The notes beneath the pieces were generated by a model, which made no database searches, was not told the DNA's origin, and saw nothing but the letters and a program-made list of their open reading frames with translations. Source: Candidatus Anoxychlamydiales bacterium (GTDB taxonomy: Bacteria; Chlamydiota; Chlamydiia; Chlamydiales; SM23-39). From it: DNA of 64,000 bases. Both the position numbers and the translations under genes were made by a program. This document shows, piece after piece, positions 1 through 9,752 of the stretch; position 1 is the first letter of the stretch; each line of letters begins with the position of its first letter. The DNA lies in contig JAAKFI010000002.1 in the NCBI GenBank assembly GCA_011065125.1, positions 23 to 64,022 of the forward strand, written 5' to 3'.

Positions 1-444
1 ATTAATTTCCTCAATTCTCAAAGATGCAACTGTTAGTCTTAGTTGACCAATTATTATTTCAGTTGCCATTGATTCTATTCCCTTATGATCAAGATCAAGT
101 AACCTTACAGCTGCATTATTCATAAGCTCTGAGACCAAACCTATAGCAACAGTAAAAGTACTAGGAACATTAACACGAATATTCTGATGAGAAAGAGCAC
201 CTTTTAAAGGGATATGTATTGTACGTGGAGTTAAATCTAAAAAAGAACAGCCTTGAATTACGGGCCAAACAAATGTTCCTCCACCATGGTAGCACTGAAC
301 AGCTTTTTTCTCTCCAACTTTTCCATAAACCACAAGCACTTTATTTGAAGGACATCTTCGATATAATTTAGATAAAAAAACCACAAGTGAAAAAATAAAA
401 ACTATAAATCCTATTACGGCTGTTGATAAAAATGAAATATTCAT
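1..444 (-). CDS. SPFH/flotillin-family protein (YqiK/FloT-like), N-terminal 148 codons; 3' end lies beyond the window edge
   Basis: Absent from the ORF track because it has no stop inside the window. Reverse translation from ATG at 442-444 gives MNISFLSTAVIGFIVFIFSLVVFLSKLYRRCPSNKVLVVYGKVGEKKAVQCYHGGGTFVWPVIQGCSFLDLTPRTIHIPLKGALSHQNIRVNVPSTFTVAIG... This is an N-terminal TM helix followed by the start of a band-7/SPFH domain. It shares an ATGA stop/start overlap with the upstream NfeD-like gene. Confidence 0.75.
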   Translation of the reverse strand, partial: MNISFLSTAVIGFIVFIFSLVVFLSKLYRRCPSNKVLVVYGKVGEKKAVQCYHGGGTFVWPVIQGCSFLDLTPRTIHIPLKGALSHQNIRVNVPSTFTVAIGLVSELMNNAAVRLLDLDHKGIESMATEIIIGQLRLTVASLRIEEIN

Positions 445-1034
445 AAATCACCTATTTTAATGGGGACGACACTTACAGTATTCTCGTCCACTTTATTAAT
501 AATTTTAACTTTTGTAAAAGAAGGAATTTCTTCTTCATTTAAAGCAATAGCATCAATTTCTCTTGTTAAATTATTTAAAGAAATTAATATCTTACCTTGA
601 TCTTTTTTTAATATTCGCTGATAAATCATAGCTTCCTGTCCTATTGCATCTTCAATCTTAAATACTGTTCCTGAATTATGAAGTTTTCTTGCCATTTTAA
701 AAATAAATCCTGAAACAAACATTGCTAAAACACCAGCTATAAATGCAATTGCTAAAGAGAGGAGTACATTAAATTCAAATTCTTTTAAACATGAAAGACC
801 GACCCAACCAAACATCATAAAAAAACCAGAAAGAGCTTGTTTAGATAGCCATTTAAAATTATTGGTATCCATTTCACCAGTATCTATATCAGTATCCCCA
901 ATATCGTGATGATCTGATAAACCAAATAAATTTAAAATCAATTGAATAAAAAGGGTAACTGATCCCGAAAGAGCAAAAAACCAAAAAAACGTCTCTTTAT
1001 TTAAAACAATCTTAGCAAACATAAAATCCCACAT
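441..1034 (-). CDS. NfeD/YqiJ-like membrane protein (flotillin partner)
   Basis: 197 aa with several TM helices, an acidic loop (DIGDTDIDTGEMD) and a C-terminal soluble beta-rich tail typical of the NfeD OB fold. It is translationally coupled to the downstream flotillin gene, the yqiJ-yqiK arrangement. Confidence 0.6.
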   Translation of the reverse strand: MWDFMFAKIVLNKETFFWFFALSGSVTLFIQLILNLFGLSDHHDIGDTDIDTGEMDTNNFKWLSKQALSGFFMMFGWVGLSCLKEFEFNVLLSLAIAFIAGVLAMFVSGFIFKMARKLHNSGTVFKIEDAIGQEAMIYQRILKKDQGKILISLNNLTREIDAIALNEEEIPSFTKVKIINKVDENTVSVVPIKIGDL

Positions 1035-1138
1035 ATGTCTAAATCAAACCATGATTCTCAATCGAAAAAAAATACTAACATTTCTCTTAGTATTTATAAA
1101 CTTAATAAGAAACATTATCGAATTTCAAATGAAAGAAA

Positions 1139-1214
<76 letters not shown>

Positions 1215-1278
1215 AAATAAATATAGATTAATAATATATGAAGTTTGAAATTAATGTAAATTGATTTTTAATATAAGA

Positions 1279-3234
1279 TTAAAAGCCTGAAGCTTTTCTA
1301 TTATTTTCCTTTAGATAAATCATATCTCTTAAGATATTTACAGCTTCTTTCATTTGAATATCAGTATTATCTTCAGTAAATTGTATATCTACTTCTTTTC
1401 CATCTAGCTTTTGTTTAATAATCTCTTGTTTTTTTAAAAAGTTTTGAAAAGATGAATCCTTAGATAGTCTATGCTCACTATTTTCTTTTAAAACAGGCAC
1501 CATATTTTGCCAATATGTAACCTTTTTTTGAAGGGTAGGTTTATAGTTTTCTTTAAACCAAAATCTTATTTTGGAATCTAGATCAGATAAATCATCATCA
1601 TACGCAGGGTTTACTTTGTCATTTTTAAGTGGGTAATCTAAATATTTTTCTCCTACTTTATAAACAGCATATTGAGTTGGTACTACAACGTCAGCTTCTA
1701 CTCCTTTAATTTGAGTAGTTTCTCCTGAAACAGTATAATATTTTCCAATAGTTACTTTATAAAATAAATCTGCATTTTTATCAGTTATAGTTTGATATTG
1801 AATTGATCCTTTACCAAATGTAGTTTTGTCTCCTACTACTAAAGCAACGCCATAATCTTGCAACGATTTTGCAACTATCTCTGATGCTGAAGCAGACAAC
1901 TTTGAGGTAAGAATTATGAGTGGACCATTATACTCCGTATTACCATCTATAGCTCTTAGATATCTAATTTCATTTTTATGATTTTTAGATATTACAACAA
2001 CTCCATTCGAAATAAATAAAGAGACAACTTTTATGGCTTGCGATAAAAAACCTCCTCCATTTTCTCTTAAATCTAAAACAAGTCCTTTAATAGGACCTTG
2101 TCTTTTAAGTTCTTTTAAAGCTTGTATAATATCTTTTTCAGAAGTAACACCACTTGAATTTTCATAAAAAGAGAGTAGATTTAATTTTCCAATTACCCCA
2201 TTATTTGTTTTTTCATATGAATATGTTAATCTTTGATCATCCAATGAAATTGGCTTTCTAATTAATTTGACTCTCCATTTAGCAATATCATCTTTATGTA
2301 GAATTCTTTTAAATCCTAAAATAATATTTTCATTTTCCTTTTTTTTCATAAGCTTCATAACTTCATCAAAAGATCTGTTTTCAACATTATTTCCATCAAT
2401 TTCAACAATGATATCATTTCTTTTAATAAGCCCTGACTCATCAGCTGGGCTATTTTTTATCAGATCTGTTACCATTACCCCTTCAACGCTCTCTGACAAT
2501 ATTAATCCAACCCCCTCAAATTCATTTTCTAATGAAAGTCTCATTTCATAAGCTTCGTCATCTGAAAAATAAGCTGTGTGAGAATCTAAACTTTTTGCCA
2601 TCGCTTTTAAAATATTCATGGAAAGCATATTTTCTTTTTGAAGATGATTTGCATTATCATTAAAATAGTTCTTTTCTTTTCTGATTAGTCTTCTTTCTAA
2701 AAGTGAGAAAATTTTTTGTTTTTTTTCATCCGTTAAATTAACAACTTGATTTTTGTGAGATTCATAGTATTTAACAAGACTTCTTGACTGCCTTGAATGT
2801 AGTTCATTTAAATTACTTGCAAAGTCATTATATTTAACATATTTAGAATCCGCATCAATATTTTGAGTAAATAAAATATTAGCAATTCTTTTTCTGTTAT
2901 TTTGAGCTCTTATAATAGATTGAATAATAAGTTTATTTAATTTATTAAAATCAGAGAAATCATCTCTATTTATATTTTCAAGAATTTTTTTACTATCGTT
3001 TTTAGATAAGTTAACGTATGGCAATACTTCACTTTCTAATAAATAAATTTTGGATGGATCAAACTGATCTATATATAATTTGAAAGATCTTTGTATTAAA
3101 TGAGGCTCAAATGATTTATGCTCTATATGGTAATTAAAAAAAAGATTCATTACGTCATTTATATCTGCAAGCCTAACAGGCTTTGCAAAAACAAAAATAG
3201 GAAGTAATATTATTAATATTATTTTTTTAATCAT
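1279..3234 (-). CDS. tsp: Tail-specific / C-terminal processing protease (peptidase S41, PDZ-containing)
   Basis: PDZ-like segment GVGLILSESVEGVMVTDLIKNSPADESGLIKRNDIIVEIDG. S41 core motifs LDLRENGGGFL, SASASEIVA and FGKGSIQ. The likely start is MIKKIILIILLPIFVFA (signal peptide) at 3234 rather than the upstream ATG at 3291. It sits next to rpsL, as tsp (CT441) does in Chlamydia. Confidence 0.9.
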   Translation of the reverse strand: MIKKIILIILLPIFVFAKPVRLADINDVMNLFFNYHIEHKSFEPHLIQRSFKLYIDQFDPSKIYLLESEVLPYVNLSKNDSKKILENINRDDFSDFNKLNKLIIQSIIRAQNNRKRIANILFTQNIDADSKYVKYNDFASNLNELHSRQSRSLVKYYESHKNQVVNLTDEKKQKIFSLLERRLIRKEKNYFNDNANHLQKENMLSMNILKAMAKSLDSHTAYFSDDEAYEMRLSLENEFEGVGLILSESVEGVMVTDLIKNSPADESGLIKRNDIIVEIDGNNVENRSFDEVMKLMKKKENENIILGFKRILHKDDIAKWRVKLIRKPISLDDQRLTYSYEKTNNGVIGKLNLLSFYENSSGVTSEKDIIQALKELKRQGPIKGLVLDLRENGGGFLSQAIKVVSLFISNGVVVISKNHKNEIRYLRAIDGNTEYNGPLIILTSKLSASASEIVAKSLQDYGVALVVGDKTTFGKGSIQYQTITDKNADLFYKVTIGKYYTVSGETTQIKGVEADVVVPTQYAVYKVGEKYLDYPLKNDKVNPAYDDDLSDLDSKIRFWFKENYKPTLQKKVTYWQNMVPVLKENSEHRLSKDSSFQNFLKKQEIIKQKLDGKEVDIQFTEDNTDIQMKEAVNILRDMIYLKENNRKASGF

Positions 3235-3476
3235 TTTTTCCTCTAAAAAAACAAGGGAGATTGACAGTTTAAAGAGCGAATTCAATTCCAACCTTAGCGT
3301 CGTAAGCTTGCTCTAATGCCTATCCCCCTATGATTTTATTATAGATTAATTTAATTTAATTTATCAAATTAATTTTTAATTATTAATTAATATTAATTTG
3401 AAATTAATTATAATTAAGGCTTTATAGTTAATAATAATTAATTTTATAAGTATTTTTTAGAAAACAAGAAAAAGAT

Positions 3477-3506
3477 TTGTAAAAAAATAATGGAATCATT
3501 TATATT
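3477..3506 (+). promoter_or_regulatory. Possible sigma-70-type promoter of the rpsL operon
   Basis: TTGTAA (3477-3482), 18-nt spacer, TATATT (3501-3506), about 40 nt upstream of the rpsL ATG. Such matches arise easily by chance in DNA this AT-rich. Confidence 0.25.
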
Positions 3507-3546
3507 TTTCCTAAATAATTGTAAGTTAGGAGATATAAACTAGATT

Positions 3547-3918
3547 ATGCCGACAATTAACCAATTAATTCGAAAAGAGAGAAAAAAAGGGATTAAAAGA
3601 AAAAAATCACCAGCTCTTCAAAAATGCCCTCAAAAAAGAGGCGTTTGTTTACAAGTAAAAACAAAAACTCCTAAAAAACCAAACTCAGCTCTAAGAAAAG
3701 TTGCATGGGTTAGGCTTTCAAATGGACAAGAAGTAATTGCCTATATTCCTGGGGAAGGACATAACTTACAAGAGCATAGCATTGTTTTGATAAGAGGCGG
3801 CAGAGTTAAAGACTTACCTGGCGTTAGATATCATATTGTAAGAGGCGCGTTAGATACTGCTGCTGTTAAAGATAGAAAACAAAGCAGATCTAAATACGGG
3901 GCTAAAAAACCTAAGTAA
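3547..3918 (+). CDS. rpsL: 30S ribosomal protein S12
   Basis: [13 protein letters not shown]...[11 protein letters not shown]...[17 protein letters not shown] is an unmistakable S12 sequence. Confidence 0.98.
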   Translation: MPTINQLIRKERKKGIKRKKSPALQKCPQKRGVCLQVKTKTPKKPNSALRKVAWVRLSNGQEVIAYIPGEGHNLQEHSIVLIRGGRVKDLPGVRYHIVRGALDTAAVKDRKQSRSKYGAKKPK

Positions 3919-4017
3919 CTTTAAATAGCATCTAAATTGCTATTTTTCATTTGTTAGATGATGGACTCATAATAGAGCCAAGTGAAGATAAAATTATTTA
4001 TAAAGAGGAAAATTAAA

Positions 4018-4491
4018 ATGTCAAGAAGACACAAAGCTGAAAAGCGAAAAATTAGAGTTGATCCAAAATATAAAAACGCAATAATTGCAAAATTAATCAA
4101 TAAAATAATGTATAACGGTAAAAAATCTATTGCCCAAAAAATAGTATACGAAGCTTTAGAGGGCTTTGCAAAAAAAGTTAAAACTGATTCAGCTTTGGAT
4201 GCTTTTGAGAAAGCGCTTGAAAACGCAAAACCTTCTCTTGAGATTAAATCAAGAAGAATTGGAGGAGCTACTTACCAAGTACCTATAGAAATAGCGCCAG
4301 ATAGAAGAACAGCTCTTGCCATGAGATGGTTAATTTCAAATGCAAGATCAAAAGTTGGCAGAAATATGACAGAAGGACTTGTTACAGAACTCTATGATTG
4401 TTTTAACAATCAAGGATCAACAATTAAGAAAAAAGATGACACACATAAAATGGCAGAAGCTAATAAAGCATTTGCTCACTATAAATGGTAA
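4018..4491 (+). CDS. rpsG: 30S ribosomal protein S7
   Basis: MSRRHKAEKRKIRVDPKYKN...GGATYQVPIEI...AHYKW. The ATG at 4018 is preceded by AAGAGGA, so the upstream GTG extension (3982) is unlikely. Confidence 0.97.
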   Translation: MSRRHKAEKRKIRVDPKYKNAIIAKLINKIMYNGKKSIAQKIVYEALEGFAKKVKTDSALDAFEKALENAKPSLEIKSRRIGGATYQVPIEIAPDRRTALAMRWLISNARSKVGRNMTEGLVTELYDCFNNQGSTIKKKDDTHKMAEANKAFAHYKW

Positions 4492-4508
4492 AAAAAGGTT
4501 AATTAATA

Positions 4509-6605
4509 ATGTCTCAATATAAAAGAGCATCTACAGATGTATTACAAAACGTTAGAAATGTGGGAATTATGGCTCACATTGATGCTGGTAAAACTACTAC
4601 TACTGAAAGAATATTATATTATTCAGGACGTTCCCATAAAATTGGAGAAGTTCATGAAGGTGCTGCTACAATGGATTGGATGGAGCAAGAGCAGGAAAGA
4701 GGAATCACAATTACTTCTGCTGCTACAACAGTATATTGGAAAGATTGTAAGATAAATATTATCGATACACCTGGACACGTAGACTTTACAGTTGAAGTTG
4801 AAAGATCTTTAAGAGTATTGGACGGTTCAGTAGCTGTTTTTTGTGGAGTTGCTGGTGTTCAACCTCAATCAGAAACAGTTTGGAGACAAGCAGAAACATA
4901 TAGAGTTCCAAGAATTGCTTTTATTAATAAAATGGATAGAACTGGAGCTGACTTTTTTGCAGCAATAGATTCTATGATAGAAATGCTAGGTGCAAATGCA
5001 TTTGCAGTACAATGTCCTATCGGCGCTGAATCTGATTTCATTGGAATGGTAGATTTAGTAACTATGAAATCATATATTTTTAAAGATGAGACGCTTGGAG
5101 CTGAATATGCAGTTGAAGAAATTCCACAAGATTTAAAAGAAAAATGCGAAAAGATGAGAAGTGCTTTATTAGAAGAGTTAGCAACTATAGATGAAAGCGA
5201 CGAAGACTTTATGATGAAAGTCTTAGAAAGCCCTGAAACACTTACTGAACAAGAAATACATAAAGTTATAAGAAAGGGAGTTATTGAAAATAAATTTATT
5301 CCAGTACTTTGTGGTTCTGCTTTTAAAAATAAAGGTGTTCAACAAGTTTTAGATGGAATCGTTAATTGGATGCCATCTCCATTAGATAGAGGAACAATTA
5401 AAGGTATTAATATCGAAAATGATCAGGAAATGGAAATTCAACCTTCTGATGATTCCCCACTTTCAGCTTTAGCATTTAAAATTGTTACAGATCCATACGT
5501 TGGAAGGCTTACATTTGTAAGAGTTTATAGCGGAGTTTTGGAAAAAGGAGCTACTCTTTTAAATACAACGAAAGATAAAAAAGAAAGAATTTCTAGACTT
5601 TTAGAAATGCATGCAAATCAAAGAAAAGATAAAGACGCTTTCTTCACAGGTGATATTGCAGCATGTATAGGTCTTAAAAACACATCAACCGGTGACACCC
5701 TTTGCTCGAATGATAATCCTATTCTATTAGAAAAAATGGAATTCCCTGAACCCGTAATTTCTATGGCAATCGAACCTAAATCTAAACCTGATAGAGAAAA
5801 ATTATCGGTAGCTTTAAGATCACTTTCTGAAGAAGATCCAACATTTAGAGTAAAAACTGATCATGATACAGGACAAACAATTATTTCAGGAATGGGAGAA
5901 CTCCATCTTGAAATCTTAAGAGATAGAATGTTTAGAGAGTTTAAAGTTGAAGCAAATGTAGGCAAACCTCAAGTATCTTATAAAGAAACAATTACAAAAT
6001 CTGGAAAACAAGAAACAAAATTCATTAAACAATCTGGTGGGAGAGGACAATATGCACACGTTGTATTAGAAGTAGAGCCTAATAAACCAGGTGAAGGTAA
6101 TGAAGTTGTAAGTAAAATAGTTGGTGGTGTGATTCCAAAAGAATATATACCTGCTTGTATTAAAGGTGTTGAAGAAGGATTATCGACTGGAGTTCTTGCC
6201 GGATATAATTTAGTAGACATGAAAATTGCTATTGTTTTTGGATCATACCACGATGTCGATTCTTCTGAAATGGCCTTTAAAATTTGCTCTTCTATGGCGA
6301 TTAGAGAAGCGGCCAAAAAATGTGGTCCTATTTTACTAGAGCCTATTATGAAAGTAGTCGTAACAACACCTGAGAGTTATCTTGGAGATGTTATTGGCGA
6401 TTTAAATAGAAGAAGAGGAAAAATACTTGGTCAAGATATGAAAAAAGGAACATTATTGATAAATTCAGAAGTTCCACTATCAGAAATGTTTGGATATTCA
6501 ACACAACTTAGATCTCTTTCTTCAGGAAGAGCAACATATGTAATGGAACCTGCTCAATTTGAAAAAGTTCCTGTGAAAATACAAGAAGAAATTATTAAAA
6601 AATAG
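4509..6605 (+). CDS. fusA: Elongation factor G
   Basis: G-domain motifs [17 protein letters not shown] and NKMD. Full-length 698 aa. Confidence 0.98.
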   Translation: MSQYKRASTDVLQNVRNVGIMAHIDAGKTTTTERILYYSGRSHKIGEVHEGAATMDWMEQEQERGITITSAATTVYWKDCKINIIDTPGHVDFTVEVERSLRVLDGSVAVFCGVAGVQPQSETVWRQAETYRVPRIAFINKMDRTGADFFAAIDSMIEMLGANAFAVQCPIGAESDFIGMVDLVTMKSYIFKDETLGAEYAVEEIPQDLKEKCEKMRSALLEELATIDESDEDFMMKVLESPETLTEQEIHKVIRKGVIENKFIPVLCGSAFKNKGVQQVLDGIVNWMPSPLDRGTIKGINIENDQEMEIQPSDDSPLSALAFKIVTDPYVGRLTFVRVYSGVLEKGATLLNTTKDKKERISRLLEMHANQRKDKDAFFTGDIAACIGLKNTSTGDTLCSNDNPILLEKMEFPEPVISMAIEPKSKPDREKLSVALRSLSEEDPTFRVKTDHDTGQTIISGMGELHLEILRDRMFREFKVEANVGKPQVSYKETITKSGKQETKFIKQSGGRGQYAHVVLEVEPNKPGEGNEVVSKIVGGVIPKEYIPACIKGVEEGLSTGVLAGYNLVDMKIAIVFGSYHDVDSSEMAFKICSSMAIREAAKKCGPILLEPIMKVVVTTPESYLGDVIGDLNRRRGKILGQDMKKGTLLINSEVPLSEMFGYSTQLRSLSSGRATYVMEPAQFEKVPVKIQEEIIKK

Positions 6606-6616
6606 GTAAGTAACTT

Positions 6617-6943
6617 ATGGCAAAAGAAGCTAAAAAAAGCAAAATTAGAATACGTTTAAAAGCTTATGATCCACGTCTTTTAGATAGGGCTACACTAGAT
6701 ATAGTAGAAACCGCTAAAAGAACAGGGGCTAGAGTAGTTGGACCAATTCCACTTCCAACAAAAAGAGAAATTTATACTGTACTTAGATCTCCCCATGTTG
6801 ACAAAAAATCAAGAGAACAGTTTGAATCTAGAACTCATATCAGACTTTTAGATATTATGAATCCAACTCCTGATACTATAGATAAATTAAAAGTTTTACC
6901 TATAGCTGCAGGCGTTGATATCAAAATTAAAGCTGCAACGTAA
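6617..6943 (+). CDS. rpsJ: 30S ribosomal protein S10
   Basis: [15 protein letters not shown]...GPIPLPT...[25 protein letters not shown]. It follows fusA directly with no tuf in between. Confidence 0.97.
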   Translation: MAKEAKKSKIRIRLKAYDPRLLDRATLDIVETAKRTGARVVGPIPLPTKREIYTVLRSPHVDKKSREQFESRTHIRLLDIMNPTPDTIDKLKVLPIAAGVDIKIKAAT

Positions 6944-6952
6944 TTAAAAATG

Positions 6953-6978
6953 ATAGAAGCTTTATAAAAAGCTTCTAT
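6953..6978. terminator. Hairpin between convergent rpsJ and the BamE-like gene (possible bidirectional terminator)
   Basis: ATAGAAGCTTT (6953-6963) / loop ATAA / AAAGCTTCTAT (6968-6978), a perfect 11-bp stem. A U-run follows on the minus-strand reading (CAUUUUU); the U-run on the plus reading is weaker. Confidence 0.55.
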
Positions 6979-6996
6979 TGTTAAATCTTTAATATT

Positions 6997-7329
6997 TTAT
7001 TGTGTTTGCATTTCGTAACTATTTCTTTCCCAAGAAGGTCTATTTAAATCGATTATCTTTTTTGAAGTTACTTGGTCATTTTGTAAAATAAATAAATATT
7101 TTCTTTCTATTATAGTTCTTTTATTAGCAGTTATTCTTTCTATATATATATATTCTTCTTGATTATCCCCTAATTTTTTAATAGAAAAGGGCTTTCCCAT
7201 TTGTTGTATAAGCTCATCTTTTGACATACCTATGGTTATCATTGAAAAATCATCCATACTAGTCGCTTTAGATCCACTAGAACATGAAATAAAAAAACCA
7301 TATATAATAAACATTAATAAAAATCTCAT
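6997..7329 (-). CDS. Small lipoprotein, BamE/SmpA-OmlA-like
   Basis: Lipobox FFISC|SSG. ITIGMSKDELIQQMGKP resembles the BamE/SmpA_OmlA domain start. 110 aa. ATGA overlap with the upstream gene. Confidence 0.55.
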   Translation of the reverse strand: MRFLLMFIIYGFFISCSSGSKATSMDDFSMITIGMSKDELIQQMGKPFSIKKLGDNQEEYIYIERITANKRTIIERKYLFILQNDQVTSKKIIDLNRPSWERNSYEMQTQ

Positions 7330-7820
7330 AAATTATCTTCCTCATCTTCAATTTTATTATCTTCTTTTTCTAAATTAGGTGGAAGCCAAAGTTTTCCATC
7401 TATTTGGGTTCTAAATTGATCTGAGGTAACATATTCAGCATGCATTATATAAGTCCCATCTTTTTGAAGATGATAAGTTTCATAACCTTCAAAATTTAAA
7501 TCATTTTCTCTAAACTCCCAAGCTATCATATTATCATTATATACACCGGTTCCAACAACTCTTCCTATGTTTAAATTTTCCATTTCAATGCTAAATTTCC
7601 CTTCAGTGAAATCATAAAATGTAAATTCATTTCTCATATTTTCTGAAATTCCAGAAATTTGAATTTCTTGAACAGATTGTATTTTACCTGCAAAGTCTGC
7701 TTCATTAACGCTCCATTTGGTGAAGAAATTCAAATCTTCTTCAACCATATTTAAGGTTATTATACCCTCACCTATCCAAGATTTAGAATCAAATAAAAAT
7801 ATATGTTTATTATTTTTCAA
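7326..7820 (-). CDS. Hypothetical protein, predicted beta-rich, acidic C-terminal tail
   Basis: The track ORF (to 7943) overlaps the SEDS gene by 127 nt. More likely starts are TTG at 7818-7820, which overlaps the SEDS TGA as TTGA, or ATG at 7748. I recognise no family. Confidence 0.5.
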   Translation of the reverse strand: MKNNKHIFLFDSKSWIGEGIITLNMVEEDLNFFTKWSVNEADFAGKIQSVQEIQISGISENMRNEFTFYDFTEGKFSIEMENLNIGRVVGTGVYNDNMIAWEFRENDLNFEGYETYHLQKDGTYIMHAEYVTSDQFRTQIDGKLWLPPNLEKEDNKIEDEEDNL

Positions 7821-8953
7821 AACACAAATCTCCTTGTATAAATATTTTGTAGTATCCCAAGAGCACTCATTGTTGTCAAAACTGAGTTGCCTCCATATGT
7901 TATTAATATTAAAGGAACTCCAGAAATTGGCAAAAAACCACACATCATGGTTATATTTACTATAATATGCATTGCTAAATAAACTGCAATACCAGAAGCT
8001 AAAAGTCTGCCATAATAATCTTTTGCATAGTTAATAACCCCAAAGCTTATATGTACAAGTAAATAAAAAATAAATAATAAAAAAAGAACGCCTATTAACC
8101 CAAATTCTTCTGAATATGCAGGAAATACTGAGTCTGTATGAGCAGCAGGCAGCCATTTTTGCGAAGCAAACTCACTTTTTTTCCAACCTGATCCTGTAAT
8201 ACCACCAAGAGCAATTGATGTTTTAGCAGCATTTTGATGATAGGTTTTAGGGTTAAATCTGGCATATTGGTATTCTTTAATAACTTTAGTAAAATAAGGT
8301 TTTAATTTTTCATGTGATAAAACATTTGTAAAGATTAATACGACTAAAAAAATTAAACTAAGACCTATAAAGGACATTGAATAAATAATCTTTTTATTGA
8401 TATTTGCAAAATAACACATTATTAATGTTATTGGATATAAGACTAATGCAGTTCCAAGATCTGGTTGTTTTAAAATCAATATAAAAGGTATCCCCACGAT
8501 AAATAAAAGTTGAATAATTGTTAAAACTTTATCCTTTTCTCTTTCTTTTTTTTCTAAAAACCATCCCAAAGCCATTACAACAATTATTTTAGCAAATTCT
8601 GATGGCTGTACATTCATATTTATAAAAGGAATCCTATACCATCTATGAACACTTTGGATTGGTTTTGCAATATATAAACCTAAAAGTAAAACAATCATTA
8701 AAATATATAAAAAAAAAGATACTTGATAAAATCTTCTATAATCAAATCCTGCAAAAAAGAAAAAAACTATCCATCCTAAAATAAACCATTTTATTTGTGA
8801 TTTTACATATGGAGTAAAAAATAAATTTTTATCTACAGTAAAATCTGTCATAGATGAGATAACCATTAAACTTATTATCATAAGTGTAATAATTGCTACA
8901 ATCATCTTTAAATCTAGTTTTAATAATGGTCTATGATCCCACATAATTATCAA
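7817..8953 (-). CDS. SEDS-family peptidoglycan glycosyltransferase (FtsW/RodA/SpoVE)
   Basis: About 10 TM helices. Conserved C-terminal block LPAAHTDSVFPAYSEEFGLIG...GFLPISGVPLILITYGGNS. The start is TTG 8953 or ATG 8944. Confidence 0.9.
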   Translation of the reverse strand: MIIMWDHRPLLKLDLKMIVAIITLMIISLMVISSMTDFTVDKNLFFTPYVKSQIKWFILGWIVFFFFAGFDYRRFYQVSFFLYILMIVLLLGLYIAKPIQSVHRWYRIPFINMNVQPSEFAKIIVVMALGWFLEKKEREKDKVLTIIQLLFIVGIPFILILKQPDLGTALVLYPITLIMCYFANINKKIIYSMSFIGLSLIFLVVLIFTNVLSHEKLKPYFTKVIKEYQYARFNPKTYHQNAAKTSIALGGITGSGWKKSEFASQKWLPAAHTDSVFPAYSEEFGLIGVLFLLFIFYLLVHISFGVINYAKDYYGRLLASGIAVYLAMHIIVNITMMCGFLPISGVPLILITYGGNSVLTTMSALGILQNIYTRRFVF

Positions 8954-9027
8954 GCTATTTTATAATAGCAATATAAGCATGATTTAGTTTAGAATTCAAT
9001 ATAATTGAAATAACAAATTTTAAATTT

Positions 9028-9750
9028 ATGAAAATACAAGATATATTTTTAGATGAAGTAACATCAACTCAAGAGTATGCAAAAAAAAATATATCCTCTT
9101 TAAATGAAGATGATTTTATTTGTATAAGCGCTAAAAAACAAACAAATGGTAAAGGTCGATTTAAAAGAACCTGGCTTTCTAATGAAGGTAATTTATTTTT
9201 AACATACGTATTTAAATTAAAAAAAAACATTCTTCATTTAACTTCAATATCTCATATTTTAGCGCTAAGCTTAATAGAAGTATTAATAGATGAAAATATA
9301 AAGCCGTTTATTAAATGGCCAAATGATATTTTTTTAAATAATAAAAAATTATCTGGAATATTATGTGAGCTTAAGATGGAAGATGATTTTGTAAATGTCT
9401 ACATCGGAATTGGAATCAATGTAAACATGAACAAAGAAGAGTTAGAAAAAATAGATAAGCCCGCAACATCTTTATCTATTGAGATAAAAAAAGAATGGAA
9501 TTTAAAAGAACTTCAAAAAAAATTATCTTATAAATTTATAAAAAATTTAAAAATTTTTAAAAATAGTGGCTTTACTCAATTTCATGAAAAGTTTGAAAAT
9601 CTACTTTTATATAAAGGTGATAAAATTAAATTTTTTGATGGAGAAAAAGAGCATGTTGGAATACTTCATTCCATTACTTGTGATGGCAGATTAAACCTAT
9701 ATATGCCGAATAAGGAAATTAAAACATTTTCCTCAGGTGATATAAATTAA
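9028..9750 (+). CDS. birA: Biotin--[acetyl-CoA-carboxylase] ligase (group I, no HTH domain)
   Basis: Biotin-binding motif QTNGKGRFKRTWLSNEGN, followed by KWPNDIF.N.KKLSGILCE. 240 aa. Confidence 0.9.
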   Translation: MKIQDIFLDEVTSTQEYAKKNISSLNEDDFICISAKKQTNGKGRFKRTWLSNEGNLFLTYVFKLKKNILHLTSISHILALSLIEVLIDENIKPFIKWPNDIFLNNKKLSGILCELKMEDDFVNVYIGIGINVNMNKEELEKIDKPATSLSIEIKKEWNLKELQKKLSYKFIKNLKIFKNSGFTQFHEKFENLLLYKGDKIKFFDGEKEHVGILHSITCDGRLNLYMPNKEIKTFSSGDIN

Positions 9751-9752
9751 AA

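Noticed and set aside
2267-2551. Track ORFs lying antisense inside confidently identified genes. Examples are 2267-2551 in tsp, 4537-4755 and 5978-6316 in fusA, 10076-10318 in the MFS gene, 12098-12532 in rluB-like, 13759-13959 in pit, 17494-17787 in glgP, 25164-25349 in sctT, 28006-28188 and 29006-29191 in suf, 35296-35523 and 36418-36654 in the APC genes, 40537-41022 in copA, 44165-44383, 45414-45782 and 45798-46100 in frr/tsf/rpsB, 47523-47816 in pbp2, 50574-50807 in uxs, 53558-53743 in the Wzc-like gene, 57251-57544, 59157-59462, 61252-61443, 62370-62585 and 63082-63291.
   Set aside because: All are shadow frames opposite well-supported genes. Their translations are low-complexity (Ser/Phe/Ile/Leu-rich), and none has a recognisable motif or a convincing RBS.
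3235-3291. N-terminal extensions offered by the ORF track for tsp (3235-3291), rpsG (3982-4017), gpmA (11757-11801) and the DUF47 gene (TTG 12618).
   Set aside because: The downstream ATGs give canonical N-termini (signal peptide MIKKIILIILL; MSRRHKAEKR; MAKLILMRHGES) and have better purine-rich RBS spacing.
3340-3470. Dense TTAATT/AATTAA-rich stretch upstream of rpsL, considered as a repeat array, a CRISPR-like element or a replication-origin AT tract.
   Set aside because: There is no regular repeat-spacer periodicity, no DnaA-box-like (TTATCCACA) motif and no flanking dnaA/dnaN. It is most simply AT-rich low-complexity intergenic DNA in a very AT-rich genome.
7821-7943. 5' extension of the 205-aa ORF that overlaps the SEDS gene by 127 nt.
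   Set aside because: A long same-strand overlap is implausible. A TTG overlapping the SEDS stop (TTGA at 7817-7820) or the ATG at 7748 gives a normal operon junction.
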